Positions 47,877-58,443 of a stretch of DNA of 64,000 nt are shown piece by piece. The stretch covers positions 8,045 to 72,044 of the forward strand of contig JAGXQU010000081.1 of NCBI GenBank assembly GCA_018335895.1, read 5' to 3'. This DNA comes from Hyphomicrobiales bacterium. Lineage in GTDB: Bacteria; Pseudomonadota; Alphaproteobacteria; Rhizobiales; Xanthobacteraceae. Under the pieces are notes generated by a model. That model was not told the origin of the DNA and made no database searches. It saw only the letters and a list, made by a program, of their open reading frames with translations. A program made the translations under genes and the position numbers. Positions within the stretch are counted from its first letter, which is position 1. Every line of letters begins with the position of its first letter.

Positions 47877-49337
47877 CTAAATTGGACCAGTCTGAGCGAT
47901 ACGCTCACGGAAGATTTCGAAATGACGAACGCAAGCCAGAGCGTTCGCCGCCGTACTGAGTTCGTCGAAGACCGGAAGGCCGGCTGCAACCGCGCGGTCA
48001 CGGTACTCGCGTTTCGGCCCTTCGATATCCGGGTCGCCGTCCGAGCGCAGCACGAGCACAACGTGCATGCCCGAGCGGTTTCTCGCTTTGACGCGCAAGA
48101 CCGCATTCATCAGGTTGCCGAGCATGTCGACATGCCGGAAGGACAGCACAACCGTCATGTTGACGTGCATGACGAGAACGTCTGTGCCACCGTCGTCGGA
48201 GATGGCGTCGAAGATGGTCTCCGCCGCCTTGCCTTCGTCCTGCTGTAGCGCGCCAGCGGGAAGGTCGATCGGGTTGAGCACGCTCGAGCCCGCGGGAAGC
48301 TTAAGCGCCTGCAGCTTCGCCGCCACTCCCGGCTCGAACGGCGCGACGTCGAAGTTCGCCCGCGCGAGCGCATCGGTGCCGAGCACGCTGGCCCCGCCAC
48401 CGTTACCAAAGAGCACCGCGCGTCGTGCTGCGGTGCTGCGCGGCTGCAAGCATTGAAACGCAAGTAGCGCGTCGAGGAACGCATCGAGTTCATCGACCAA
48501 AACCGCGCCGGTCTGCGCCGCCAGCGCCTTCCAGCCATTATCGCTTCCGGCGAGCGCGCCCGTATGAGAAGCAGCAGCCCTGCGGCCCTGGCCGGTGCGA
48601 CCGCCCTTCAGGATCACGACAGGCTTCTTTCCCTTTGCTGCGCGAAGCGCCTCGAACAGATGCCGCCCGTCGCCAGCGCCTTCAAGGTAGAGGCCGATAA
48701 CCTTCGTCTCGGAAGACTCGAGGAAGTACTCCAACAATTCATGCGGGCGGACATCTGCGCAATTGCCTACCGTCACTAGGCCGCTGAATCGCAGACCAAG
48801 GTTCTGGCCTCTGCGGATGATATCGACACCGAGACCACCACTCTGACAGACGACGCCCACGGAGCCCGGTTCGTCGGTTGTGCGTTCGGTGAATGTTACC
48901 CGCGCACGCGGAGAATACACGCCCAGGCAGTTTGGTCCGATGACCCGTACCTTTGCCTCCTGCGCTGCATGCACGAGCTCGCGCTCAAGTTCATGACCGC
49001 CCGAGGATTCGCTGAAGCCACTAGACATCACCTGCGCGATGCGCACACGGCCGGCAAACGAACGCAACAAGGCAGGAATCTGCTGGGCCGCGACGGCGAC
49101 ATAGGCATAATCGATCAGCGCCGGTGTAGCGCTCACCGACGGGAACGCCGGCATTCCCTCGATTTCGTTTGCCGAAGGATGGATTGGAAAAATGCTACCC
49201 CCGTAACCAAACGCTTTCAGATGACGAATGAAGCGGTTTCCGCCGGATACCGAGGTCGCAGATGCGCCCACCACAGCGATCGCCGAGGGAGAGAACAAGG
49301 CGTTGAAGGCGCCGGCATTCGCCGCTGACAAGGTCAT
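47877..49337 (-). CDS. ADP-forming acyl-CoA synthetase, CoA-binding/ligase-CoA subunit
   Basis: 'IAVVGAS...NRFIRHLKAFGYGGSIFPIHP' and succinyl-CoA-synthetase-like domains. ATG at 49337; the track ORF starts at 49448. Confidence 0.8.
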   Translation of the reverse strand: MTLSAANAGAFNALFSPSAIAVVGASATSVSGGNRFIRHLKAFGYGGSIFPIHPSANEIEGMPAFPSVSATPALIDYAYVAVAAQQIPALLRSFAGRVRIAQVMSSGFSESSGGHELERELVHAAQEAKVRVIGPNCLGVYSPRARVTFTERTTDEPGSVGVVCQSGGLGVDIIRRGQNLGLRFSGLVTVGNCADVRPHELLEYFLESSETKVIGLYLEGAGDGRHLFEALRAAKGKKPVVILKGGRTGQGRRAAASHTGALAGSDNGWKALAAQTGAVLVDELDAFLDALLAFQCLQPRSTAARRAVLFGNGGGASVLGTDALARANFDVAPFEPGVAAKLQALKLPAGSSVLNPIDLPAGALQQDEGKAAETIFDAISDDGGTDVLVMHVNMTVVLSFRHVDMLGNLMNAVLRVKARNRSGMHVVLVLRSDGDPDIEGPKREYRDRAVAAGLPVFDELSTAANALACVRHFEIFRERIAQTGPI

Positions 49338-49341
49338 GCCG

Positions 49342-50061
49342 TTAGCCCTCCACGCTATGCTGCAGGATGAAGCGCGCGTCGACGGCGGTGGCACCTTCAG
49401 CGGTGACAATGATCGGATTGATGTCGATCTCGACGATTTCGTCAGCACTTTCCGTCAGCAGGCCTTTCTCGCCGCCCATTTTCACGAGAATGTCGATCAA
49501 GGCATCTGTAGAGATCGGCGCGCGTCCGCGAGCACCCTGCAACAGCGGAGCGCCTCGCAGTTCGGAAAGCATCTCGGCAGCATCCGAGCGTGTAATAGGA
49601 CAAATCCTGAATGACACATCTTTCATGACCTCTACGAAGACGCCACCAAGGCCGGTCATAATCATGGGGCCAAATTCTGGGTCGACTACGCCGCCAACGA
49701 CGACCTCCAAACCAGGCGAAGCCATCTCCTCTATCAACCAACTTCGTTCGCCGATGCCTTTCGCGTCAAGTGTCGCTTCGATTTCCGCAAGTGCACGTTC
49801 GACCTCAGCGAGACTTTTCAAGCCAACCTTCACTGCTCCAAAGTCGCTTTTGTGAATCACTTCGGGAGAAACCACTTTCAGCACGTACGGAGGCTTCAGA
49901 GTGCTCAATGCCGAAGGAATTTCAGCGGCAGACTTTGCGACGTGCGAAGCAGGCACACGAATACCGTAAGATGCCAGCAGTTTCTTTCCGGCCGGCTCAT
50001 CGAGTGCGCTGGCACCGCTCGTGCGCGCAATGCGAACCGCTGCTTTCAGTTCAGCCGACAT
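49342..50061 (-). CDS. ADP-forming acyl-CoA synthetase, ATP-grasp subunit
   Basis: 'GKKLLASYGIRVPASHV...PYVLKVVSPEVIHKSDFGAVKVGL'. Confidence 0.8.
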   Translation of the reverse strand: MSAELKAAVRIARTSGASALDEPAGKKLLASYGIRVPASHVAKSAAEIPSALSTLKPPYVLKVVSPEVIHKSDFGAVKVGLKSLAEVERALAEIEATLDAKGIGERSWLIEEMASPGLEVVVGGVVDPEFGPMIMTGLGGVFVEVMKDVSFRICPITRSDAAEMLSELRGAPLLQGARGRAPISTDALIDILVKMGGEKGLLTESADEIVEIDINPIIVTAEGATAVDARFILQHSVEG

Positions 50062-50067
50062 GGCATG

Positions 50068-50289
50068 TCATGATTTGATCGTCACGACTGACTGGCCATC
50101 GCTGACAGCGTCGCCCACCGACACGAGGATTTCCGTGACCACGCCAGAATCGGGAGCGAGCACCGGAATTTCCATCTTCATCGACTCGATGAGAATTACC
50201 GGTGTATCGGCCTCCACTGAATCGCCCACGGCAACCAGTACCTTCCAGACCGAGCCTGTAACTTCGGAAACGACTTTCGTGTCGGCCAT
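50068..50289 (-). CDS. small biotinyl/lipoyl-domain protein (BCCP-like)
   Basis: 'IESMKMEIPV' biotinylation motif; 73 aa. Confidence 0.8.
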   Translation of the reverse strand: MADTKVVSEVTGSVWKVLVAVGDSVEADTPVILIESMKMEIPVLAPDSGVVTEILVSVGDAVSDGQSVVTIKS

Positions 50290-50307
50290 ATATTCTCCCT
50301 AGTCTCG

Positions 50308-51843
50308 TTAGTAACTTGTCGGCCAGTTGCTTAAGAGATGACGCCCTACCTCGCTCCCCAGACGCTTGCGGTGAACATCAAGCAGAGAGATTAGGCAGCT
50401 GCGCGTATCGCGCGGATCGATAACGTCTTGCGTTTCGTAGAGTGCAGCAAGGTTCCACGCCGATGTGTCGCGCGTGACCTGCTGCAGCAGTTCTTCGTAA
50501 CGGGCCGGGTCTTCTTCTTTCTTCACGCCATAGAGGACGTTCACGCTGACTTCGGGCGCCATGAAGCCGAGATCGGCTGTCGGCCAACAGATGACTTCAT
50601 CCGAATTCCGGCCGCCACCCATGTTCAGGTAGGCCTGACCGTAGCTCTTACGCATGATTACGGAAATCTTCGGTACCGTGACGAGCGAAAGCGCGTTCAT
50701 CCAGTTGATGATTTTGCTCGGCGCGGCGCGGCGCTCGCCCTCAATACCAATGAGGAAGCCCGGCTGATCGACCAGGAACACAATCGGAATATTGAAGCTG
50801 TCGCAGAAGACGAGGAAAGACGTTGCCTTGTTGCAGGCATCGACATCGATCGCACCGCCCTTGAACATCGGATTGTTCGCGAGAACACCGACGGTGCGGC
50901 CGTTCAGGCGGATCAAAGATGTGGCAAGCGATTTGCCAAAACGTGCTTTGGTTTCGAACACGCTACCGGGATCAGCAATCGCTTCGACAACCTTGCGAAC
51001 GTCGTACACCTTGCTGCCATCCGCCGGGACGATATCGGCAATGCGCTTACTGTTTTCGTCCGCACCCGCCACCACCTCTTGCACAGGCGCAGCTTCATTG
51101 TGGTGGCTCGGCAGGTAGCTGAGATAACGCTTGATCGCCGCGATCGCCTGTTCGTCGCTATCCACGACGAGATCGACGAGTCCCGTAGTTTCAGAGTGCA
51201 GTTTCCATCCGCCGAGTTCTTCGGCGTCGACCGGCTGCTTGATGGCCATGGAGGTCACACGGCTGCTGGCAACCGCCATCTGTGCGCCTTTGCGCATGAC
51301 GACGAAGTCCGACATGCACGCGTACCAGGTCGACGAGCCGTAGCAGGAGCCGAGCAGCGCCGAGACCCAGGGGGACTGGCGCAAGCGCTGATACTCGGTC
51401 GGATCCTGACCCAGAATGGCGCGGCCCTGCGCACCCATTCGATCCGGCATTCGCGCGCCCGTGGACTCGCCGAGAAATATGAGTGGCATGCCGCTTTTGC
51501 TCGCCACCTCGCGCATGTGGCGGATCTTCTTGCCATTCACGACGGAACTCGAAGCGCCCATCACGGTCATGTCGTTCGAAACGACTGCAACCTGGCGTCC
51601 CCCGATCTTGCCAAATCCCGCGATTTTTCCATCGGCCGGCGTCTTCTCTCGCGCCTCCGGCAAATGAGAAGTCGCAAACAATCCGCTCTCAACGTAGGTG
51701 TCCTTGTCGAGCAGGGAATCGATGCGCTCGCGTGCATTGAGATGTCCCTCCGCACGACGACGCGCGATCTTTTCCTCGCCACCCATCGCCAGCGCCTTTT
51801 TCTTGCGCGCGACAAGTTCATTCAGCTTGGTCTCAATCGTCAT
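50308..51843 (-). CDS. acyl-CoA carboxylase carboxyltransferase (beta) subunit
   Basis: 511 aa; the N-terminus 'GGEEKIARRRAEGHLNARERIDSLLD' is typical of PccB/MccB-type CT. Confidence 0.9.
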   Translation of the reverse strand: MTIETKLNELVARKKKALAMGGEEKIARRRAEGHLNARERIDSLLDKDTYVESGLFATSHLPEAREKTPADGKIAGFGKIGGRQVAVVSNDMTVMGASSSVVNGKKIRHMREVASKSGMPLIFLGESTGARMPDRMGAQGRAILGQDPTEYQRLRQSPWVSALLGSCYGSSTWYACMSDFVVMRKGAQMAVASSRVTSMAIKQPVDAEELGGWKLHSETTGLVDLVVDSDEQAIAAIKRYLSYLPSHHNEAAPVQEVVAGADENSKRIADIVPADGSKVYDVRKVVEAIADPGSVFETKARFGKSLATSLIRLNGRTVGVLANNPMFKGGAIDVDACNKATSFLVFCDSFNIPIVFLVDQPGFLIGIEGERRAAPSKIINWMNALSLVTVPKISVIMRKSYGQAYLNMGGGRNSDEVICWPTADLGFMAPEVSVNVLYGVKKEEDPARYEELLQQVTRDTSAWNLAALYETQDVIDPRDTRSCLISLLDVHRKRLGSEVGRHLLSNWPTSY

Positions 51844-51873
51844 CTCAACTCCGGGTCGCTAGCGCAGAAAGGC

Positions 51874-53247
51874 TTACAGCATGTGCTGGGTTGGATGACC
51901 CGCCCACATCTTTTCCTTGACGTAACGCGTATGAACATCGCCTTCGACGAAGTCCGACTCGTCGATAAGACGCTTGTGGAACTCAATGGTCGTCGGCACT
52001 CCACTGATCTTGAATTCGCCGAGCGCGCGCTTCATGCGGGCAAGCGCCTCGGTTCGATCCGAACCCCAAACGAGAAGTTTCGCGATCAGGGAGTCATAGT
52101 GCGGAGGCAGCTTGTAGCCCGGGAATGCGTGACTATCGATGCGCACGCCGGGGCCGGACGGAGCTGTGTATTCACCGAGTACGCCGGGGCGCGGCATGAA
52201 TCCCTTCTCGGGGTCTTCCGCATTGATTCGGCACTCGATCACGTGTCCCGAAACACGCACATCGGACTGCTTGATGGCGAGCGGTTCGCCGTCCGCGATC
52301 CGGATCTGCATCTTGACCAGATCCAGGCCGGTCAGCATTTCCGTCACCGGGTGTTCGACCTGAATACGCGTGTTCATTTCGATGAAATAGAATTCCTGCT
52401 TCGCAGCATCCACGATGTACTCAAGCGTACCGGCGCTGCGGTAACCGACGTGGCGCGCAAGCGCGACCGCTGACGCGGTAATACGCTCGCGCAGCGCGGG
52501 CGAAAGGGCCGGCGACGGCCCCTCCTCCACTAGCTTCTGATGGCGCCGCTGAATCGTGCAGTCGCGCTCGCCCAGATGAATGATGTTGTTGCCGTCACCG
52601 ATCACCTGAACCTCGACATGCCGGACAGGTGAAAGATACTTTTCAATGTACAGCGAACCGTCACCGAATGCCGCAGAGGCTTCCGCTGCAGCGCGTTCGA
52701 GACTTTCGCGCAACTCGCCTTCCTGAGTGACGACACGCATGCCGCGACCACCGCCGCCGGCCGCCGCCTTCACGAGTAGCGGATACCCGACGCGCTTGCC
52801 GATCTCGATCGCCTCTTCGGGCGACGTGATCGGATCGGGAGAGCCCATCGTGATCGGTACGCCCGCTTCGTGCGCAAGCTTGCGCGCAGCAGCCTTGTCG
52901 CCCATCAGGCGGATCACGGAAGATTGCGGCCCTACATAAATGAGACCCGCCTTCTCGCACTGCTCAGCGAATTCGGCATTCTCCGACAAAAAGCCGTAGC
53001 CCGGGTGAATCGCATCCGCGCCCGAGGCTTTTGCGGCGTCGATCAGTACCTTCTGGTTGAGGTAACTTTCCTTCGACGGAGCAGCGCCGATGCAAACGGA
53101 TTTGTCCGCGAACTTTACCGCGAGAGAATCCTGATCGGCTTCTGAATAACCTTGCACTGCAGCGATACCGAGTTCGCGACACGCACGAATGATCCGCACG
53201 GCGATTTCACCGCGATTGGCGACGAACAGGCTTTTGATCCGCTGCAT
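51874..53247 (-). CDS. accC: biotin carboxylase (AccC-type)
   Basis: 'LFVANRGEIAVRIIRACRELGI' and ATP-grasp 'GGGGRGMRVV'. Confidence 0.9.
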   Translation of the reverse strand: MQRIKSLFVANRGEIAVRIIRACRELGIAAVQGYSEADQDSLAVKFADKSVCIGAAPSKESYLNQKVLIDAAKASGADAIHPGYGFLSENAEFAEQCEKAGLIYVGPQSSVIRLMGDKAAARKLAHEAGVPITMGSPDPITSPEEAIEIGKRVGYPLLVKAAAGGGGRGMRVVTQEGELRESLERAAAEASAAFGDGSLYIEKYLSPVRHVEVQVIGDGNNIIHLGERDCTIQRRHQKLVEEGPSPALSPALRERITASAVALARHVGYRSAGTLEYIVDAAKQEFYFIEMNTRIQVEHPVTEMLTGLDLVKMQIRIADGEPLAIKQSDVRVSGHVIECRINAEDPEKGFMPRPGVLGEYTAPSGPGVRIDSHAFPGYKLPPHYDSLIAKLLVWGSDRTEALARMKRALGEFKISGVPTTIEFHKRLIDESDFVEGDVHTRYVKEKMWAGHPTQHML

Positions 53248-53369
53248 AACTGGCGTACTTCCACCAACAAGGAGTGATTAAGTCCTTGGTGAAGCAAGGA
53301 CTTTACGCTCTCTAAATTCATCTATATGTATTAATATACGTTGTCGGTGGCTACGACAAGCGGATTCGC

Positions 53370-54170
53370 TCAATCGACGCGAATCTCTCCACCGACGGCG
53401 TTGCGATATTCGTAAGCGTCGGTGCGAATGAGTGATTTGCGGAATTCGACGGGCTTGTTCCCGAATGCGTAAGCGATGCGGATCACGGAGAGGAGCGGCG
53501 TGTTGACCTGCACGGCAAGCCGCTCTGCACTCCACTGGTTGGCCACCGCGCCGTGCAAACGATCAAGAACGCGAAACACGTTGATGCCGAAATGACTTTG
53601 ATAGAAGCCATACATCGTCGTCTCGCGCGCAACGAGATCCTCCTCGCGCATGCCGAAGTATATCTTCTTGGAGAGGTTGATCTCATCGAGGATCACGGGA
53701 TTGCCCCCCATGAGCAGCAGATTGACGATGCGATAGATTGGGTCTCCCTTTCGCAACCCCAGCGCCTCGGCGATCTCTGCGTCGGCGCGGCTCTCTTCAA
53801 AGGACAAGGTCTGCACGATCGGAATCACGCGGACGCCGTCCTGTCTGAAGATTGGCCAGAAGCGATTGAGCATTCGCTCAGGGCTCAATGCCGCCAAGAA
53901 AGTGCCGCGTCCCTGCTGCCGTACGACGATGTGCTCGGCGACAAGATCGTCCATGGCGCGGCGTACCGTACCGATACTGACATCAAAACGTGCAGCGAGC
54001 TGCTTTTCCGTCGGGAGCGGATCGTTCGGGCTGATATCGCCGCTGCTCAACATACGCGTGACGTCGATCTTGATGCGCTTGTAAAGCGAAACGCCGTTTT
54101 CCTCGTTCGCCCCGTTCGATTTGCGGGTGCGCGTGCCGGCACGGCTCTTCTTGCGGGACTTGGATTTCAT
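53370..54170 (-). CDS. GntR-family regulator (HutC/UTRA subfamily)
   Basis: 'LPTEKQLAARFDVSIGTVRRAMDDLVAEHIVVRQQGRGTF'. ATG at 54170; the track ORF starts at 54416. Confidence 0.85.
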   Translation of the reverse strand: MKSKSRKKSRAGTRTRKSNGANEENGVSLYKRIKIDVTRMLSSGDISPNDPLPTEKQLAARFDVSIGTVRRAMDDLVAEHIVVRQQGRGTFLAALSPERMLNRFWPIFRQDGVRVIPIVQTLSFEESRADAEIAEALGLRKGDPIYRIVNLLLMGGNPVILDEINLSKKIYFGMREEDLVARETTMYGFYQSHFGINVFRVLDRLHGAVANQWSAERLAVQVNTPLLSVIRIAYAFGNKPVEFRKSLIRTDAYEYRNAVGGEIRVD

Positions 54171-54206
54171 TTGTTGGAAGCGACCTTGAAAACTGGAGCT
54201 GTGTGA

Positions 54207-55259
54207 ATGACGAAATTCCGTTGCATTGTTGCCGGCGCGCTGGGTGTCGGCGGCCGCGCATTGCTCGACGAACTTGAGAACCGCACGGAATGGGAAGTAT
54301 TCGCGCTCTCCCGCCGCAAGCCTGACTTCAATAGCCGTGCGCGGTTCATCTCCGTGGATCTCAGCGATCCCGCAGAGACCCGACGCGCGGCAGAAGAGAT
54401 AAGCGGAACGACGCACGTATTCTTTGCGGCATATACGCCCCAGCCCACGCTCGCGGAAGAAGTCGTGCCCAATTTGAACATGCTGAAAAATCTCGTCACA
54501 TCAATAGAATCGATGTCGCCGCAATTGCGGCACGTTGCAATTGTGCAGGGAAGCAAGTGGTATGGCAATCACTTAGGGCCCTACAAGACCCCCGCCAGGG
54601 AAGACGACCCGCGGCACATGCCGCCGAACTTCTATTACGATCAGCAAGACTGGATCGAAGCGTACCAGCGCGGGAAGCCGTGGAACTGGTCATCGTGGCG
54701 GCCACACGGTTTCTGCGGCACCTCGGTCGGAAGTGCGATGAACCAGCTGACCGGGCTCGCAGTCTACGCGACCATCTCCCGCGAACTCGGCCTACCCCTG
54801 CGTTTTCCGGGATCGCCGATCGCATTCAAGTCGGTCTACCAGTTTACCGATGCTTCTCTCCTTGCCCGCGCGCTGCTCTGGGGCAGCGAAAATCCCGCTT
54901 GCGCAAACCAGGCGTTCAATCTCACCAACGGCGAATTCGAGCGCTGGGAAAATATCTGGCCTGCGATCGCCCAATGCTTCGGCATGATTCCGGGCCCGGT
55001 GCAGACCATTAGCCTCGCCCGCTTCATGGCGGACAAAGAGCCCTTGTGGGCTCGCATCTGTGAGAAGCACGGTCTTAAGCCCTATCGGATTCAGGATCTC
55101 GTAAAATGGGACTTCGTCGACTGGGTCTACGGCGCAACTTTCGATCAGATGTCCAATCTCTCGAAAGTTCGCCGCGCAGGCTGGACCGAAACGCTCGACG
55201 CGGAGACGATGTTTAAGCGTCTATTCGAAAAACTCCGCGCCGAACGGATCATTCCGTGA
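54207..55259 (+). CDS. NAD-dependent epimerase/dehydratase (extended SDR) family protein
   Basis: N-terminal 'IVAGALGVGGRAL' Rossmann-like motif; 350 aa. Confidence 0.7.
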   Translation: MTKFRCIVAGALGVGGRALLDELENRTEWEVFALSRRKPDFNSRARFISVDLSDPAETRRAAEEISGTTHVFFAAYTPQPTLAEEVVPNLNMLKNLVTSIESMSPQLRHVAIVQGSKWYGNHLGPYKTPAREDDPRHMPPNFYYDQQDWIEAYQRGKPWNWSSWRPHGFCGTSVGSAMNQLTGLAVYATISRELGLPLRFPGSPIAFKSVYQFTDASLLARALLWGSENPACANQAFNLTNGEFERWENIWPAIAQCFGMIPGPVQTISLARFMADKEPLWARICEKHGLKPYRIQDLVKWDFVDWVYGATFDQMSNLSKVRRAGWTETLDAETMFKRLFEKLRAERIIP

Positions 55260-55267
55260 CTACGATC

Positions 55268-56146
55268 TCAACTCTTGATCTTCAGGAGTTTCGCAGCGTT
55301 GCCCCACATTATCTTCGGGATGATGTCCTGCCGGTAGCCGAGTGCGAGGAAGTCCCGCACCGCCTCCTGAATGTCCTTGGTCGGATAAGCGGACCCGAAC
55401 AGCGTCCGGTCTTCGAGAAACATGTTGGCGCCCTTCACATAAGTGTCCGCACCGATCATGCCGACCGTGGCGCCGTAAAGATCCGGCGAGACGTAGATGT
55501 TCGGGCAGGCCAACGCGACGACGACCATCTCTTCCGCGTACGGCCAAGCCGCGTGCGAAACAATGAACTTTACCTTCGGATATTTCTGCGCGGCCCTCTG
55601 AATGGAAACCGGACGCGACCAACTGATGTCGTGTCCGCCGAGCGCGGACAACAATCCGGAGAGCGAAATCGAAACCGGAAGGTCGAATTCCTGCGCAATT
55701 TCGTAAATCGGGTCGAGGCTTTCATCGTCCGACCAGCGTGGCCGCATTCCCGAACCGGGCTCAATCGAAATGCCTTTAACGTTCGTCGCCCGCGCGTATT
55801 CGCGCACTTCCGCCAAACCCTGCGGAATGGCTTCCAGATCAATGCCGAGAAATCCGAGGAAACGGTCCGGCCATTTTGCAACGGCTTCCACGATATCGCG
55901 ATTGTCGACGCCGCCGAGATTTCCGGCGCCAGAAGCCGCCCGGCCCATGAGGACGCCATACTTGATGTTGGCCGAGTCCATCTCTTCGAACAGAAGATCG
56001 AGCGACTCGAGCCACGCGGAGCGCGGTCCCTTAAAACTCACGAGATTGCGCGGATAGTGCATCGCCGTACGAAATACGGAGCCTTTGGTCCACGCCGGAA
56101 TCGGCGGACGCAAACGCATGTCAATAATCGGCATCATCATACTCAA
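55268..56146 (-). CDS. amidohydrolase-2 (TIM-barrel metal-dependent hydrolase) family protein
   Basis: 'IIDMRLRPP' at the N-terminus and 'FIVSHAAWPY'. Confidence 0.6.
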   Translation of the reverse strand: MSMMMPIIDMRLRPPIPAWTKGSVFRTAMHYPRNLVSFKGPRSAWLESLDLLFEEMDSANIKYGVLMGRAASGAGNLGGVDNRDIVEAVAKWPDRFLGFLGIDLEAIPQGLAEVREYARATNVKGISIEPGSGMRPRWSDDESLDPIYEIAQEFDLPVSISLSGLLSALGGHDISWSRPVSIQRAAQKYPKVKFIVSHAAWPYAEEMVVVALACPNIYVSPDLYGATVGMIGADTYVKGANMFLEDRTLFGSAYPTKDIQEAVRDFLALGYRQDIIPKIMWGNAAKLLKIKS

Positions 56147-56232
56147 CTAAACCTCCCTTTGTCGGCATTCATATTTTTGCACGCATTCGGTTTCCAGCCC
56201 TCAGACAACCCCGAACTCGATTGGAGTACCCC

Positions 56233-56559
56233 ATGAAAGCGAAACACATGATCCTCGTGATGTACGACGGGCCCACCAACGCAGAGTTCATCGAATGGAT
56301 GAACGGGCCGCACTACGAGGAAGTTGCAGCGACGCCCGGCATCGTCGCCGCGCGCCGCTTCGAAGTAACCGCAGGCCCCGAAGGTCACCGTCGGTATGTT
56401 GCAATTCTTGAAACCGAGGACCTTGCGAAGACTCTCGCCTGGCGCGACAGCCCCGAAGGTCAGCGCTCGCAGAAAGAGGCCAACGATCGGGGTGTCACGA
56501 ACCGTTACTCGCTTGTGTGCAAACTGGCGCACTCTACGGTTCCCGGCGAAACCACGTGA
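56233..56559 (+). CDS. hypothetical small protein (ferredoxin-like/Dabb-type guess)
   Basis: ORF with GGAG 6 nt upstream of the ATG at 56233. No firm family. Confidence 0.4.
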   Translation: MKAKHMILVMYDGPTNAEFIEWMNGPHYEEVAATPGIVAARRFEVTAGPEGHRRYVAILETEDLAKTLAWRDSPEGQRSQKEANDRGVTNRYSLVCKLAHSTVPGETT

Positions 56560-57846
56560 TCAGTACGGCAGCCCCAGAAGCTGCGGCATGATGGTCGTGA
56601 TCGACGGGAAAAAGATCAGAATCAGCAGGCCGAGGAACAGCACCGCAAGGAATGGCAGCAGCGGCATGATCAGCTGCTCCATTTTGATCTTGCCTATGCT
56701 GCACGCCATCAGCACGCCGATACCCGCAGGCGGTATGAAAAGACCGATACCGGAGGCGAGCACAACTATCGTCAGCCAATGAACCATGTCGATGCCGAGC
56801 GAGCGGATGAGCGGAAGCAGGATCGGAACGAAGATCAGGACCGCCGGCGCGCCCTCGAGGATCGAGCCCACGAAAATGAAGATGAGCGCGGTGATGAGCA
56901 GCACGCCCCATGGCGGAATCTCCGTCGCGCGCATCCATTCGGCCACGGCCTGCGGAATGCCCTGCGTCGCGAGCAGGTATCCGAAGATCATGGCAAAGCC
57001 CATCAGGATCGCGATCAGCCCCGTAGCGACGCCAGTCTGCACCAGCGCGTCGAAGATGTTCTTCCAGGTCAGGTTGCGATAGACGAGCCCGCCGACGAGC
57101 AGTGAGTAGACGACAATGATTGCCGCCATTTCCGTGATCGTCGCAATGCCGAGCCGGATGCCGATAAAGATGATCAGCGGAATGCCGAGTGCGAGCGAAG
57201 CATCCTTGAGACCCGCGAGCATCTGCGCTCGCGAGTGGGATGCGTCGCGCGGCATATTATATATCCGTGCCTGTACCGCGATCAGCGCAAACACGAGCCC
57301 GCCAAGGAGCAGCGAGGGCAGGAGACCGGCCGCAAAAACGGCGACCACCGATGTATTCGCAACCGCGGCCACCACGACCATCAGAATGCACGGCGGAATC
57401 AGAATTGCGAACGCGGACGATGCGCTGATCAGAGAAAGGCTGTAGGGCCTCGGATAGCCTGCACGCTCGAGCGGCTTCAACGTCATCGCGGACACTGCGG
57501 AGACGTCCGCAACCGTCGAACCGGAAACGCCGGATTGCAGCATCGTGCCGAGCACGACGCCCATGGGCAAACCGCCGCGGAATCGTCCGACCAGCGTTCG
57601 CGCGAAATAAATCAGGCGTTCGGAGATACCGCCCTGCTCCATGATCGTGCCTGCGAAAATGAAAAGCGGGATCGCAAGCAGAACAAAGGAGTCGACGCCC
57701 ATCACGGTGCGATGAACGATCATGTTCAGCGGGATGGTATCCTGGAAGCCAAGAACGAGAAGCGAGGACAGGCCCATTGCGAAGCTGATGGGCAGGCCGA
57801 TCACGACGAACAGTGCGAATGCACCAATGAGAATTGCGATTGTCAT
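56560..57846 (-). CDS. dctM: TRAP transporter large permease (DctM)
   Basis: 428-aa polytopic protein in a dctP-dctQ-dctM arrangement. Confidence 0.9.
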   Translation of the reverse strand: MTIAILIGAFALFVVIGLPISFAMGLSSLLVLGFQDTIPLNMIVHRTVMGVDSFVLLAIPLFIFAGTIMEQGGISERLIYFARTLVGRFRGGLPMGVVLGTMLQSGVSGSTVADVSAVSAMTLKPLERAGYPRPYSLSLISASSAFAILIPPCILMVVVAAVANTSVVAVFAAGLLPSLLLGGLVFALIAVQARIYNMPRDASHSRAQMLAGLKDASLALGIPLIIFIGIRLGIATITEMAAIIVVYSLLVGGLVYRNLTWKNIFDALVQTGVATGLIAILMGFAMIFGYLLATQGIPQAVAEWMRATEIPPWGVLLITALIFIFVGSILEGAPAVLIFVPILLPLIRSLGIDMVHWLTIVVLASGIGLFIPPAGIGVLMACSIGKIKMEQLIMPLLPFLAVLFLGLLILIFFPSITTIMPQLLGLPY

Positions 57847-57854
57847 GTTGGCTC

Positions 57855-58412
57855 CTACTCGCTCAGCCGCACGGCTTCTGTACCGAGAGCGTCAGGACGC
57901 GCACGCTTGCCGCGCATCGTGTCCCACAAATTAAAGACTGCGTAGATCGACATCAGTACACCCGCGACCAGAACCGCGAAGTAGAGCCACGCGATGCTGA
58001 CATCGAGACCGGGAAGACGCTGCAGGAAAGAGAAACGGACGGTGATCCATCCTTGAACGGTGAAGAGCAGCGAAAAAATCAGGATGGCCGAATCCTGAAT
58101 CATTTCGACGATCCAGCGCCACTTCGGCGACAGCCGGTCGATCACGAAATCGACGCCGATATGGGCACGATGCCGGACACCTACAGCGAAGCCAATGAAC
58201 ACAGTCCAGATGAACAGCAACCGGGATGCCTCGTCGGACCAAGATAACCCGATGTCGAGGGCGTACCTTGCGAACACCGATACCGTAAGGAACAGCACCA
58301 GAATGCCGATCAGGATCGCAAGAAGTATTTCCGGGATCTTCAGTATCAAGAACCAGAACGCCCGCTCGGCAGGTGACTTCGACTTTTCTGGTTGCACGGT
58401 ACCTTGCAGCAT
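57855..58412 (-). CDS. dctQ: TRAP transporter small permease (DctQ)
   Basis: 4-TM protein. ATG at 58412 is preceded by GGGGGAAG. The track ORF's GTG at 58475 would include the intercistronic hairpin. Confidence 0.8.
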   Translation of the reverse strand: MLQGTVQPEKSKSPAERAFWFLILKIPEILLAILIGILVLFLTVSVFARYALDIGLSWSDEASRLLFIWTVFIGFAVGVRHRAHIGVDFVIDRLSPKWRWIVEMIQDSAILIFSLLFTVQGWITVRFSFLQRLPGLDVSIAWLYFAVLVAGVLMSIYAVFNLWDTMRGKRARPDALGTEAVRLSE

Positions 58413-58443
58413 AGGACTTCCCCCAAAAACAGTAGAGCGAATC

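Noticed and set aside
49203-49228. Third exact GTAACC-N16-CGAA match
   Set aside because: It lies on the plus strand inside a minus-strand acyl-CoA synthetase gene, with no plus-strand gene downstream. It is most likely a chance hit. I keep it as a caution for the sigmaF-promoter interpretation.
53282-53340. Hairpin GTCCTTG-GTGAAG-CAAGGAC and an AT-rich GTAT-TAAT-ATAC element between the HutC-type GntR gene and accC
   Set aside because: This could be a weak terminator plus an operator. The U-tract is poor and the dyad is only 4 bp per arm, so it is not reported as a feature.
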